From positions 8,802 to 72,801 of the forward strand of contig JAOPTW010000033.1 of assembly GCA_051532035.1 (NCBI GenBank): DNA of 64,000 bases. The letters run 5' to 3'. The translations under genes and the position numbers were made by a program. This stretch comes from Fibrobacterales bacterium. GTDB taxonomy: Bacteria > Fibrobacterota > Fibrobacteria > Fibrobacterales > JAOPTW01. Below the pieces are notes generated by a model. The model saw nothing but the letters and a program-made list of their open reading frames with translations. It ran no database searches and had not been told where the DNA came from. Below are positions 30,134 through 39,374 of this stretch, piece by piece (within the stretch, counting starts at the first letter, position 1; each line of letters opens with the position of its first letter).

Positions 30134-30290
30134 AGCTTAATAATACATTATGTTTGATATGTGGCGAATAAGGTAATGAGCCTCGAGTTAAAAAGGTGTA
30201 AAGAATTGTGTAACATCAAAATAGTTATTGTGTTTTGAACAAAAAAACTGATATTTAAGCCACACAACACATAAGGCACAGGAGACTGAA

Positions 30291-32207
30291 ATGCCCGTTA
30301 AAACACCATATATTTTGTTCATTATTGTTTTTTCAGCATTAACGCTTTCGGCGAATGTATCCATACGGGATACAACATGGGTTTTTCGCCAATATGAGAC
30401 TGAGATCCCTTTATACGACAATGGATATTATCCTGAAAATGGGGAATTATGTAAAGGGCCTTGTACCGTTGGAAGCAAAGGTACTATTGAAATTCCAGAT
30501 GTAAAAGCAAAAATTATCGAGAATGATTATTTACGTATTGTCGTTGCTCCATCAATTGGTGGACGAGTAATGTCTATTTACCATAAAGAGAGTGAAACAG
30601 AACAGCTCTATCATGCAAATACTGCGGTACCATACCAGGGCCCTGCCGGTGTATTCTATTATAACCATCTTCTTGTACATGGTGGGATTTTACCGACATT
30701 TCCTGGGCCAGAACATGGGAGAACGTGGAATCAAGATTGGGATATTGAAATAGTAAAAGATACACCTGAGCGTGGCGCAGTCAAAATAAGTTATCTCGAC
30801 TATCAGAATCGTCAAGCACATGAGTTTAATCCGACCTATAATTTCCCCGTAGAAAAAGACTCTAAACTCTATTGTGCAGTAGAAATTTCTTTGGCGGCAG
30901 GCCATGCAGCGATGGGATATCAAGTACATTTTGAGAATAAAAATGATCACGCTATTGGATATGAATTTTGGACATTGACAACACTTGCCCCTGGTACTGA
31001 TCCCGAATATACGGCACTCCCTAAGAATACCCTTATCTTATCGCCAACAAAAAAAGTACAATTACGAAATGATATTTGGACTTGGATGTCTAGTATTGTA
31101 AACCCGACAGATGGAGATGGTACTCAGATTAAAAATGGAGTACTGTCTTGGTTTGATAAATCATCACGGGTAGATGAATGGGTAGATGAAGGGATTATGT
31201 ATGCATATCCCCAAATGACCAAAGATTGGTGGGGCGCAATTAATCTTGATAATAACACAGGAGTCCTCCGTATTGCACCACATGAAGTTACCCCAGGAAT
31301 GAAATATTGGTCATGGGGCTTTAAAGCGTTTCAGGATAATGGTGAGCCCGTTGATTTAGATGCCCTTGATGAAAATAGGTCTCATATTGAGATTTGGGGT
31401 GGCCGCTCTCGTGAGTTCACTGTCCTTGCAGACCCTATTGCTCCAGGGCCAGAAAATGCAATCATCTGGGATGAATTCTACTACCCGACATTTGAACTCG
31501 ACACCATCCACTATGCAAATGAGTTTGGTGCAATTCAGGTGAAAGAGCGTAGTGATGATATTGCGGTATTAATCTCTTCAACACTTCCCCATCAAATGCA
31601 TTCTATTACTATTGGTGGTGAGGTTATTGAAGCTATTGCACCTGCCGATAGGGCTATAATCATTAAGACAACTGCGGGATGCTTTGAGAATGATGCATCA
31701 GTAGAAATTAAGGTTGATGGTGTAGTAACAATTGATTTTAAAGAAGATATTGGGCTGACAGGGTCAGGAAATTGTGAACTTACTCTAGAGCAAGAGGGCG
31801 AACAACCCTATAGCTCTGATGCTGTAGGTATAAGCTCCGAGGAGATGAGTTCAGATGAAACAAGTTCAGACGATGTTGTGGATGATGAAAGCTCTCAGGA
31901 ACATTTCAGTAGCTCAGTGATTACTGAATCTTCAGACAGTGCAGATGATGAAAGCTCAGAAACAGGTAGGACACCACTCTATGAGCTCAGGCTCTTAGAA
32001 GGTATTCAAGATGGTTTTGTTTCAATGGCTCACGAAGAGGGGATTGTTACGGTAGTTGATGTGACCGGAGTTGTTGTGTATAAAACAAGTGTAAAAGCTG
32101 GTACTACAGTGGTCTTACCTCAGTTTATTTCTTCTACAGGAGCATACGTGATATATGTAGAAGGTAAAAATACGCCTCAGAAATCATTTCTTTGGTATAA
32201 TCAATAG
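30291..32207 (+). CDS. Secreted DUF5107-like protein with Ser/Asp linker and C-terminal sorting-like domain
   Basis: Signal peptide; IENDYLRIVVAPSIGGRV and GG....FP..EHG motifs; SSDE-rich linker; tail VVDVTG.VV...GAYVIYV. Confidence 0.78.
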   Translation: MPVKTPYILFIIVFSALTLSANVSIRDTTWVFRQYETEIPLYDNGYYPENGELCKGPCTVGSKGTIEIPDVKAKIIENDYLRIVVAPSIGGRVMSIYHKESETEQLYHANTAVPYQGPAGVFYYNHLLVHGGILPTFPGPEHGRTWNQDWDIEIVKDTPERGAVKISYLDYQNRQAHEFNPTYNFPVEKDSKLYCAVEISLAAGHAAMGYQVHFENKNDHAIGYEFWTLTTLAPGTDPEYTALPKNTLILSPTKKVQLRNDIWTWMSSIVNPTDGDGTQIKNGVLSWFDKSSRVDEWVDEGIMYAYPQMTKDWWGAINLDNNTGVLRIAPHEVTPGMKYWSWGFKAFQDNGEPVDLDALDENRSHIEIWGGRSREFTVLADPIAPGPENAIIWDEFYYPTFELDTIHYANEFGAIQVKERSDDIAVLISSTLPHQMHSITIGGEVIEAIAPADRAIIIKTTAGCFENDASVEIKVDGVVTIDFKEDIGLTGSGNCELTLEQEGEQPYSSDAVGISSEEMSSDETSSDDVVDDESSQEHFSSSVITESSDSADDESSETGRTPLYELRLLEGIQDGFVSMAHEEGIVTVVDVTGVVVYKTSVKAGTTVVLPQFISSTGAYVIYVEGKNTPQKSFLWYNQ

Positions 32208-32222
32208 CTAAAAATACTTAAA

Positions 32223-32244
32223 CAACCCTCATTGTTGAGGGTTG
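32223..32244. terminator. Hairpin between convergent genes
   Basis: CAACCCTCA-TTGT-TGAGGGTTG. Confidence 0.5.
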
Positions 32245-32268
32245 AATCTGCTTCTGATAGTAGTCCAA

Positions 32269-32697
32269 TTACCGTTTCACAAAAAACATACCTTGAGAGA
32301 TATGTTGAAATGAGTCGCGAACAAACTGATATTTGGCCATGAGGGCATCCATGTCATGCCCTGAAAAGAGCCCAATAAAAGCACCAGAATCGGTGGATTC
32401 AGCGAGGTAACTCAGAAGGTGATTAAGAATTTCTCGACCACAACCTCGGTGTTGATGATCGGGATGAATGATAACATCTTGTATATAATAATAGAGCGCA
32501 CTGTCGCCTACAACTCTTCCAAATCCAATGACATGATCCTCAAAGGTAAGGCAACAACCATAGATGGTGTGATCAAGTGCCTTTTGGAGTTGGGTGGATT
32601 GTGGAGTGTCAAATGCAACCAAATCTGAGAGAGTGGTAAACTCTTGCAAAGTTGGGAGTCGCTCTTCGATAGAATATACATCGGTGATTGTGGACAT
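32269..32697 (-). CDS. GNAT family acetyltransferase
   Basis: IGFGRVVGD and IQDVIIHPDHQHRGCG motifs. Confidence 0.9.
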   Translation of the reverse strand: MSTITDVYSIEERLPTLQEFTTLSDLVAFDTPQSTQLQKALDHTIYGCCLTFEDHVIGFGRVVGDSALYYYIQDVIIHPDHQHRGCGREILNHLLSYLAESTDSGAFIGLFSGHDMDALMAKYQFVRDSFQHISQGMFFVKR

Positions 32698-32809
32698 ATA
32701 ACCTCCTCTGTTCTTTTTAGTATACCCCTTTTATGCACTAAACCCTAGTAAAATACTATAGAGGTTTTTGGGGGTCACGAGCTGTTTGAGGTCTTGTCCT
32801 ATAAGCTCT

Positions 32810-33607
32810 CTAAGAGAGCTGCGGAAACGCTTGAATAAAGGCTTTATGGGTCTTTTTATCTAAGTAGGGGTCTTCGTCACTATAGAGCTCTTTCTCAGTA
32901 TAGCCCGATGCAATTTCGTTAATAACAAGATACTGACGGTCACTATTGATTTTAAAATGTATGCGCCAAGTACGCGCGGCGAGTTCATAGAGATCAAAGT
33001 CGGGATCGAGAAGGCTGATTCGTTTTCGTTTGGCGTTTAAAGGATCTTCAGAGAGCTGGGTCTCAATCAGTGTTTGAAGGTCGTAGTGTGCCTCATGGTG
33101 TATCCACTCAATTTGTGTTAATGCACGTGGGGCGATCTCAATTTCAAAAAGTGTGTGACTGTGATCTTCGAGCCAACCCATAGAGGCCTCGGGAAAACTA
33201 TCAGCATAAGCAATATACGGCTTGATATCGACAATGGGAGTGCCGTCTAGTAGGTCGAAGTCTGAAACTTCTATGGTGAGTCCCGTTACCTGAATGAGTT
33301 TGACGCATGACATACCAATTTGATTGGGCCGGTAAGGAGCTCTTGTGGCAAATACACCGCGTTTGCCTTCGCCCCGTGGAGTATTGACTTTGGGCTTCCA
33401 ATTGGTGTTGCGGTCAAAAAGGTAGATGAGCCAGATGCGATCAAAGGTGTTGAGGTCATCGAGCCCTTGTTCAAAATTGTTGCCAGGGTTGAGTGTTATA
33501 AAACCGGTTTCACCTCTTCCTTTAAGAGTGCCTTGTCGGGGAGCGAGCTGACGGTATGTGTGATCACAGGCAAAGGTGCCAATGGGGGTGATGGATAATG
33601 GCTCCAT
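32810..33607 (-). CDS. tsaA: tRNA m6t6A37 methyltransferase TrmO
   Basis: APRQG, GVFATRAPYRPN.IG and DLLDGTPIVDIKPY motifs. Confidence 0.93.
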   Translation of the reverse strand: MEPLSITPIGTFACDHTYRQLAPRQGTLKGRGETGFITLNPGNNFEQGLDDLNTFDRIWLIYLFDRNTNWKPKVNTPRGEGKRGVFATRAPYRPNQIGMSCVKLIQVTGLTIEVSDFDLLDGTPIVDIKPYIAYADSFPEASMGWLEDHSHTLFEIEIAPRALTQIEWIHHEAHYDLQTLIETQLSEDPLNAKRKRISLLDPDFDLYELAARTWRIHFKINSDRQYLVINEIASGYTEKELYSDEDPYLDKKTHKAFIQAFPQLS

Positions 33608-34848
33608 CAGTCGAACCAGCCCTTCATGACGCTACTAATCTGTAATAGTTCATCATCAGTGATAATATAGGCTGGACAGGTGTAGAGATAATTCTCAAAG
33701 GGTCTGAGCCAAACACCGCGCTCTTGGGCAAACTCTTGTACACCGTTTAGTACTTCAGAGTCGACCACTTCGATACAGGCCATGGCTCCTTTGATTCGAA
33801 TATCAACAATAGAGTCGTGTTCAAAGCCATCGAGTGATTGCATAAGAAGTGTATTAATTTCACCAATTCGGGTGAGGTAGTTGTCTCTCTTAAATATTTC
33901 GATACCTTTGAGGGCAATGGCGCATGCTGTTGGGTTCCCCATATAGGTTGGCCCATGCATAAAGGCATTTGAACTATTGCCATAAAATGTTTCATAGATT
34001 TCGGTAGTTGCAAGAGTAGCCGAAAGGGTCATATACCCTGCACTCAGGCCTTTACCAAGCACCATAATATCGGGAGTAACAGAGACTTGATCGGCAGCAA
34101 ACAGGGTGCCGGTCCTTCCAAATCCCGTTGCGACTTCATCGTAAATCATGAGTACATTGTGGGTATGGCAAATCTTTTGTGCCGCCGCTAAATAGGCGGC
34201 ACTATGGAGTCTAAAGCCACCCGCACCTTGCATAAGAGGCTCAACGATCATAGCTGCAATAGAGTCAGCGCTTTCGGTTAGGATGTATTCAAGCTCTTCG
34301 AGGGCCGCGTTGATGGGCGCTTCCGGAGTCTCAGGTGGTGATACAAAAAATTGTTTTGGAAGGAATCCTTGAAATTTAGCGTGCATACTTTCATCATCAT
34401 CAGCTATAGACATGACGGCACAGGTATCCCCATGGTATGAATTTTTGAGGGCGATAAAGTGATTTTTAGTCTCGATTCCTCTATTTTTGTGATACTGTAC
34501 TGCCATTTTCAGGGCAATTTCAACACCCACAGAACCACTATCTCCAAAAAAGACATGGTTGAGTCCATCGGGGGTAATAGAAACGAGTGTGTCGGCAAGC
34601 TCGTTGGCTGGACGGTGGCTGAGTCCTCCTAGCATAACATGAGGAAGGATCTCTAATTGCTCTTTTGCTGCAGTGGTGATTTCAGGATGATTATATCCAT
34701 GAATAACACACCACCATGAGGAGATAGCATCAATGAGTTGTTGCCCATCTTCTAAAGTAAGAACAACACCTTGTGCAGATTGGATGGCAAGAGGTTCTGC
34801 CATTGTTTCCATCTGTGCATAGGGAAACCATAAATGAGGGCTACGCAT
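33607..34848 (-). CDS. bioA: Adenosylmethionine-8-amino-7-oxononanoate aminotransferase
   Basis: W.PYAQ, DAISSWW..HGY, DSGSVGVEIALK, YHGDT, DEVATGFGRTG and HGPTY motifs. Confidence 0.96.
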   Translation of the reverse strand: MRSPHLWFPYAQMETMAEPLAIQSAQGVVLTLEDGQQLIDAISSWWCVIHGYNHPEITTAAKEQLEILPHVMLGGLSHRPANELADTLVSITPDGLNHVFFGDSGSVGVEIALKMAVQYHKNRGIETKNHFIALKNSYHGDTCAVMSIADDDESMHAKFQGFLPKQFFVSPPETPEAPINAALEELEYILTESADSIAAMIVEPLMQGAGGFRLHSAAYLAAAQKICHTHNVLMIYDEVATGFGRTGTLFAADQVSVTPDIMVLGKGLSAGYMTLSATLATTEIYETFYGNSSNAFMHGPTYMGNPTACAIALKGIEIFKRDNYLTRIGEINTLLMQSLDGFEHDSIVDIRIKGAMACIEVVDSEVLNGVQEFAQERGVWLRPFENYLYTCPAYIITDDELLQISSVMKGWFD

Positions 34849-35707
34849 CACTCTCCTCTAGTTCGCCAGCCATATACGATGACCGTACAAGGGGGCCTGA
34901 CATACATTTTTTTATCCCTTTACTTTTTGCATACACTGCATATTCATCAAATTCATCGGGGTGTACATAGCGGTCTACTTCTATAAACTCTCTTGCGGGG
35001 CGTAAATACTGCCCGATGGTGAGAATATCAATTGAATGCTCTGCCACTTCATCAATATAGTCAAACACTTCGCTCTTGGTTTCACCAAGGCCAACCATGA
35101 GTCCTGTTTTGGTGGTAAATCCACGGATTTTTGCATGATCGAGTACTCCAAAGGAGTCGTGCCAGTTGGCTTTTTTACGAATGGTTTTTTGAAGCCGATA
35201 CACTGTTTCGAGATTGTGGTTAAACACATCGGGGTTTGACTCGAGTACAATATCCAATAGATCGAGTCTCCCATTGAAATCGGGAGTAAGCACCTCAATT
35301 TTGATTTCTGGATTGATCTCTCTTGTTTTTAAAATTGTCTGTGCCCAGATTTCGGTCCCTTTATCGGTAAGGTCATCACGGGTCACTGAGGTGAGGGTCA
35401 CATATTTAAGTTTCATTGCCTGTGCAGAACGGGCAATCTTAATGGGCTCATTGAGATCTACCGGGCCGGGTTTTCCTGATTCGACATTACAGAAACTACA
35501 GTGTCTTGTGCAGATACCTCCGAGGATCATAAATGTTGCGACACCTTTTGACCAACATTCGCCCAAGTTGGGGCATCGGGCTTCTTTACAGACCGTATGC
35601 AAGTTATTGTCATCAACCAAGGTACGGATTTCAGTGTACTCTTTGCCTCCGCCAATGGTTGCTTTAAGCCAGTGGGGCTTTTGGATGCGTTTTTCTCGTA
35701 TTTTCAT
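34841..35707 (-). CDS. lipA: Lipoyl synthase
   Basis: CKEARCPNLGEC, CTRHCSFC, HNLETV, GQYL and RSSY motifs. Confidence 0.97.
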   Translation of the reverse strand: MKIREKRIQKPHWLKATIGGGKEYTEIRTLVDDNNLHTVCKEARCPNLGECWSKGVATFMILGGICTRHCSFCNVESGKPGPVDLNEPIKIARSAQAMKLKYVTLTSVTRDDLTDKGTEIWAQTILKTREINPEIKIEVLTPDFNGRLDLLDIVLESNPDVFNHNLETVYRLQKTIRKKANWHDSFGVLDHAKIRGFTTKTGLMVGLGETKSEVFDYIDEVAEHSIDILTIGQYLRPAREFIEVDRYVHPDEFDEYAVYAKSKGIKKCMSGPLVRSSYMAGELEESDA

Positions 35708-35768
35708 ATAGTTGCAAAGATACCTAAAAAAAGAAAGGGATCATAGAATTTGAGTAAAAAAGAGGGCC

Positions 35769-36004
35769 ATGAGAGACAACTGCTTCAAAGTTGTGTGTAT
35801 AGAGAGTGTTTTTTTGATAAAATGTCTTTGGTAGGTTAATGATATCCTTGTTGAAACTGAGAAATCAAATGATTTAAAGATTTGCCTAGAAAATGTTGCG
35901 CCGGTGTGTGGTGTTGTGATGGGAAGACTTATTCAAACGAATGTGTTGGGTGTGATGTTCAAATTAATTACGTAGGTGAGTGTGGAAAAATAACCCTACA
36001 ATAG
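35769..36004 (+). pseudogene. Disrupted Kazal-type serine protease inhibitor gene
   Basis: MRDNCF...CLW*VND...ICLENVAPVCG, then 2 extra nt (35913-35914), then CDGKTYSNECVGCDVQINYVGECGKITLQ*. In-frame TAG at 35832. Confidence 0.75.
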
Positions 36005-36086
36005 GGCTGAATAATGAGCAATTCATTTGACTCAAGACCTAATGACAGTAAATAACAATAATAAGGCTCCTTTTTAAGGGGCTTTT

Positions 36087-37217
36087 TTATTGTCCGCCCC
36101 ACTTGAAGAGCTTGAGATTGCCCGCAGGTACAGCCCAGATGATGAGGGGGATATGTATGATAAAAGCGGGAAGAGCAAAGATCAAGAGGTGACTACTTTT
36201 CAGTTTCCGAGCACCAATAATTAAAAAGGTGAGATCCAACACAAGCTTTATAGCGATTGGGCCAAAGGCATATAGCAGAGGAAGTAGTCCAAAACAGTAG
36301 AGTAGAGGTGCAAAAGCGAGATATACAATAAAGCTGTACGCAGTAAAGATAGTGAGTATGTAGAATTTACTTTCATAGCTCGTGGAATTGCTCGCCCAGC
36401 GTGCTCGCTGACTAAAGAGTCCATTCCAACTACTTACCGCACCCGTTAATACTTGTGCAGCAGGATCGAGGTTATAACAGACATCCTGCGCCTGTTTACT
36501 CATTTTTTGTACCAGCATGTCATCGTCGCCAGAAATATACTGACGCTGCCCTTCAAAGCCGCCAACGCCTTCGTACAGTTTTCTCAAATACCCAAGTGAT
36601 GGGGCACTTGCAACCATGGGGATTTTTAACGAGAAAAATGAGGCCTCTATAAGAGTGAGGGCGAGTGTTTCAAGCTTTTGATAGAGGTGTACTAGTGAAC
36701 GCCCTCCTCTGATTTTCTTTGGGCCCTGTACAATCTCTATGGAGTCGTGAAAATTTTCGGACATGGAGGTGAGCCAGCCAACTGGGGGAATACAGTCAGC
36801 GTCAATACTCATAAAAAGTTCATGGTTTGCGTGGGCAAATCCAGTCTCGAGTGCTCTTTTTTTCGGTGAGGCCACTCGTTCTGCTTCATGAGCAATTGAG
36901 AGTACAGAGAAGTTACTTTGGGCTGTACAAAACTCTGTAATAAGTGCAAGGGTGTTGTCAGTTGAACGGTCATCAACACAGATTACTTCCCAGTTGCCAG
37001 TATAGTTCTGGGATGCAAGGGCTTTAAGGGTTATAAGGGCATGCTCTTCCTCGTTGTATAATGGAACAACTACACTGATACTTGGGAGTAGAGAGGGTTT
37101 TTTACGACGATCTTTTAGGGTAAGCACCCCAAAAATGAAAAAAAGTAGTATTCCTGCGTAACAAAGTGTTAATATGGTAAGAAGATACCCGAGTGATAGT
37201 AGTAGCATGCCGTTCAC
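36087..37217 (-). CDS. Glycosyltransferase family 2 (membrane-bound)
   Basis: P.YNEE, VDDRSTD, IDAD, SGDD and QRARW motifs; flanking TM helices. Confidence 0.92.
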   Translation of the reverse strand: MNGMLLLSLGYLLTILTLCYAGILLFFIFGVLTLKDRRKKPSLLPSISVVVPLYNEEEHALITLKALASQNYTGNWEVICVDDRSTDNTLALITEFCTAQSNFSVLSIAHEAERVASPKKRALETGFAHANHELFMSIDADCIPPVGWLTSMSENFHDSIEIVQGPKKIRGGRSLVHLYQKLETLALTLIEASFFSLKIPMVASAPSLGYLRKLYEGVGGFEGQRQYISGDDDMLVQKMSKQAQDVCYNLDPAAQVLTGAVSSWNGLFSQRARWASNSTSYESKFYILTIFTAYSFIVYLAFAPLLYCFGLLPLLYAFGPIAIKLVLDLTFLIIGARKLKSSHLLIFALPAFIIHIPLIIWAVPAGNLKLFKWGGQ

Positions 37218-37370
37218 AAGTCATTGAATTGTTGGGGTATAATAGCAAAAATGTGGTTGAAATCACATGGTTGCCCCAACAATGTGATGGAAATCACGTT
37301 CCTAATTCGGTTCCTTGTCAGGGTGGGTATTTTTTTTAACATTACAAATAGAAATAATGAAGAGGTGCAC

Positions 37371-38207
37371 ATGGTTGCAAAATTAGTCGGAGTAGTGTTG
37401 GTAATGGTTGTTGCCGCATCTGCTCAAATACAAAGTGTTGATGGTGTGGGGACTGTTGACTGGAATAAAAGAGTGGTGACCGCAATCGGCATTGGCGTTC
37501 CTAATCCATCAGCTCCAGCTGTGGCGGCGCGCCCCATGGCTATTCGTGCAGCCCGCCAAGTAGCTCTCAGAAATGCACTCGAACTCATTAAAGGCATACA
37601 TATTAATGCCGAGACTACCGTTGAAAATTTTATGGTCAAAAGTGATGTAATACAGTCGCAGGTTGAAGGGTATATTCGATCATTTAATATGGGTGACCCC
37701 AAATATATGAGTGATAAATCTATTGAGGTGACTGTTGAGGTTCCGCTTTCTGCAGAACTTCTCAAGAAAGTACTCCCACAAACGGTTGCACAACCCACTG
37801 CGACAGTTCCTGTAGCTGAACCAACAGAAATTGTAGCATCTGATGTGAAGCCACTACCCAATGAGCAATTTACTGGTTTGATAATTGATGCACGTGGCTT
37901 AGGTGTTATTCCATCTCTTGGGCCCAAACTTTTTGATGAATCGGGTACTGAAATTTATGGATCGGCTCATGTTTCTCGTGCATTTGCGGTAAAATGGGGA
38001 ATGGCAGGATATGCAAAAACTCCTGAACAGGCTAAAGAAATGGTAGACCGGTTAGGAAAAAATCCAGGAATTATAAAAGCAAAAAAGGGTACTGGAGCCA
38101 GTCGATGTGATTTGGTACTGAAAAACAAAGATGCAGAAAGCATTGTTGCAGCAGCAGAATCAATGAAATTTTTGGCAGATTGCCGTGTTGTTATTTTAGT
38201 GGACTAA
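37371..38207 (+). CDS. LPP20-like secreted protein
   Basis: Signal peptide; VDW....A.GIG, A.RAA...A.RN, TTVENFMV and FTGLIIDARG motifs; GAGG RBS. Confidence 0.78.
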   Translation: MVAKLVGVVLVMVVAASAQIQSVDGVGTVDWNKRVVTAIGIGVPNPSAPAVAARPMAIRAARQVALRNALELIKGIHINAETTVENFMVKSDVIQSQVEGYIRSFNMGDPKYMSDKSIEVTVEVPLSAELLKKVLPQTVAQPTATVPVAEPTEIVASDVKPLPNEQFTGLIIDARGLGVIPSLGPKLFDESGTEIYGSAHVSRAFAVKWGMAGYAKTPEQAKEMVDRLGKNPGIIKAKKGTGASRCDLVLKNKDAESIVAAAESMKFLADCRVVILVD

Positions 38208-38222
38208 TTGAGGAAAATAAAT

Positions 38223-39374
38223 ATGAAAAAAGTAGCGATTCTTATAGGACTCTATCTTGCGGTACTGTTTACTGGTTGTTCATCAAATCGAAAAGCAGAA
38301 GGTATGATGGACGATCCTGTTACTCATTTTGAGCAGGGTAAAAAGTATTTTGATAATGGTGAATTTGTGAAAGCTCAAGAGGAGTTTAAGCTGGCAAAAA
38401 GTTTAGATGATGAGTATGGCCCGGCCTATGCTGGCCTTGGAATGGTTGCAGCTGCAACAGGAGATTTTGATGCAGCAGAGGATTATATTAGTGATGGTAT
38501 TAAGTACTGTGATGATACGCATCCGATTGGCTATATCGCAAAGGGGCTTATGATTGAATATCAGTATGCGGGTAGCAATGAAGATGAGTGGTGGGATGAT
38601 GCTATGGATGCTTATAAAGAAGCGATGGAGATTGCACCCAAAGATGGGGAGCCACACTACCGTGCAGGCTATACATTGAAGTTAGCCCTCCAATTCTCTA
38701 TGGCTGCTGATGAGTTTAGAAAAGTACTTGAGCTGAAGAGCGGATATGAAGCCGAGGCAGATAGTGAATGGGCAATGGTACAAAAGATTCAACGAGCGGC
38801 CCCTGGTTCAAAAATAGGTAAGAAAGTAGCCCTTATGGAAGAGATAACCCGAGCAGATATTGCAGCCCTTTTTATTGTTGAGCTCGAGATTGATCGGATA
38901 CTCAATAAGCGCAAAGCAAAAGTGTATGATACTGAGTTTACTGCTCCAGTAGATCCGCGTACCATGAAAACAGATACGGTCACCCGTATGAAAGATATTG
39001 TCGATATTGAGGGGCACTGGGCAAAGAACTTTATAGAAGACCTTCAAAAGTTTCAGGTACGTGGCTTAGAGCCCGCCCCTGATCACAAATTTCATCCGGA
39101 TCAAAAGGTAACCCGTTCAGAGTACGCCTTTTTTATTGAAGATATTCTTATTGCCATTAGTGGTGATATTACTCTTGCGACAAAACACATTGGCGCTGCA
39201 ACCTCTCGCTTTCCCGATGTGAGTACCGGTTCACCTTATTACAATGCTATTTGTAATGCTGTCGATAAAAACATCATTGATGCAGATATCAGCGGAGAGT
39301 TTAAGGCATCAGAGAGTGTGAGTGGACCCGACGCATTGTTAATTATTCGAAAAATTAAGGAACTCAGACGATGA
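38223..39374 (+). CDS. Lipoprotein with TPR repeats and SLH-like domains
   Basis: Lipobox LFTGC; TPR repeats; SLH-like ITRADIA, DIEGHWA...FHPDQKVTRSEYA and FPDV....PYY.AI. Confidence 0.82.
   Translation: MKKVAILIGLYLAVLFTGCSSNRKAEGMMDDPVTHFEQGKKYFDNGEFVKAQEEFKLAKSLDDEYGPAYAGLGMVAAATGDFDAAEDYISDGIKYCDDTHPIGYIAKGLMIEYQYAGSNEDEWWDDAMDAYKEAMEIAPKDGEPHYRAGYTLKLALQFSMAADEFRKVLELKSGYEAEADSEWAMVQKIQRAAPGSKIGKKVALMEEITRADIAALFIVELEIDRILNKRKAKVYDTEFTAPVDPRTMKTDTVTRMKDIVDIEGHWAKNFIEDLQKFQVRGLEPAPDHKFHPDQKVTRSEYAFFIEDILIAISGDITLATKHIGAATSRFPDVSTGSPYYNAICNAVDKNIIDADISGEFKASESVSGPDALLIIRKIKELRR

Noticed and set aside
31840..31960. Short repeats such as GATGATGAAAGCTC
   Set aside because: These are codons of a low-complexity Ser/Asp/Glu linker.
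35214..35711. 165 aa antisense ORF over lipA, and similar ones over hom, glpD, the LPP20-like gene and dnaX
   Set aside because: Antisense shadows of conserved genes with no recognisable product.
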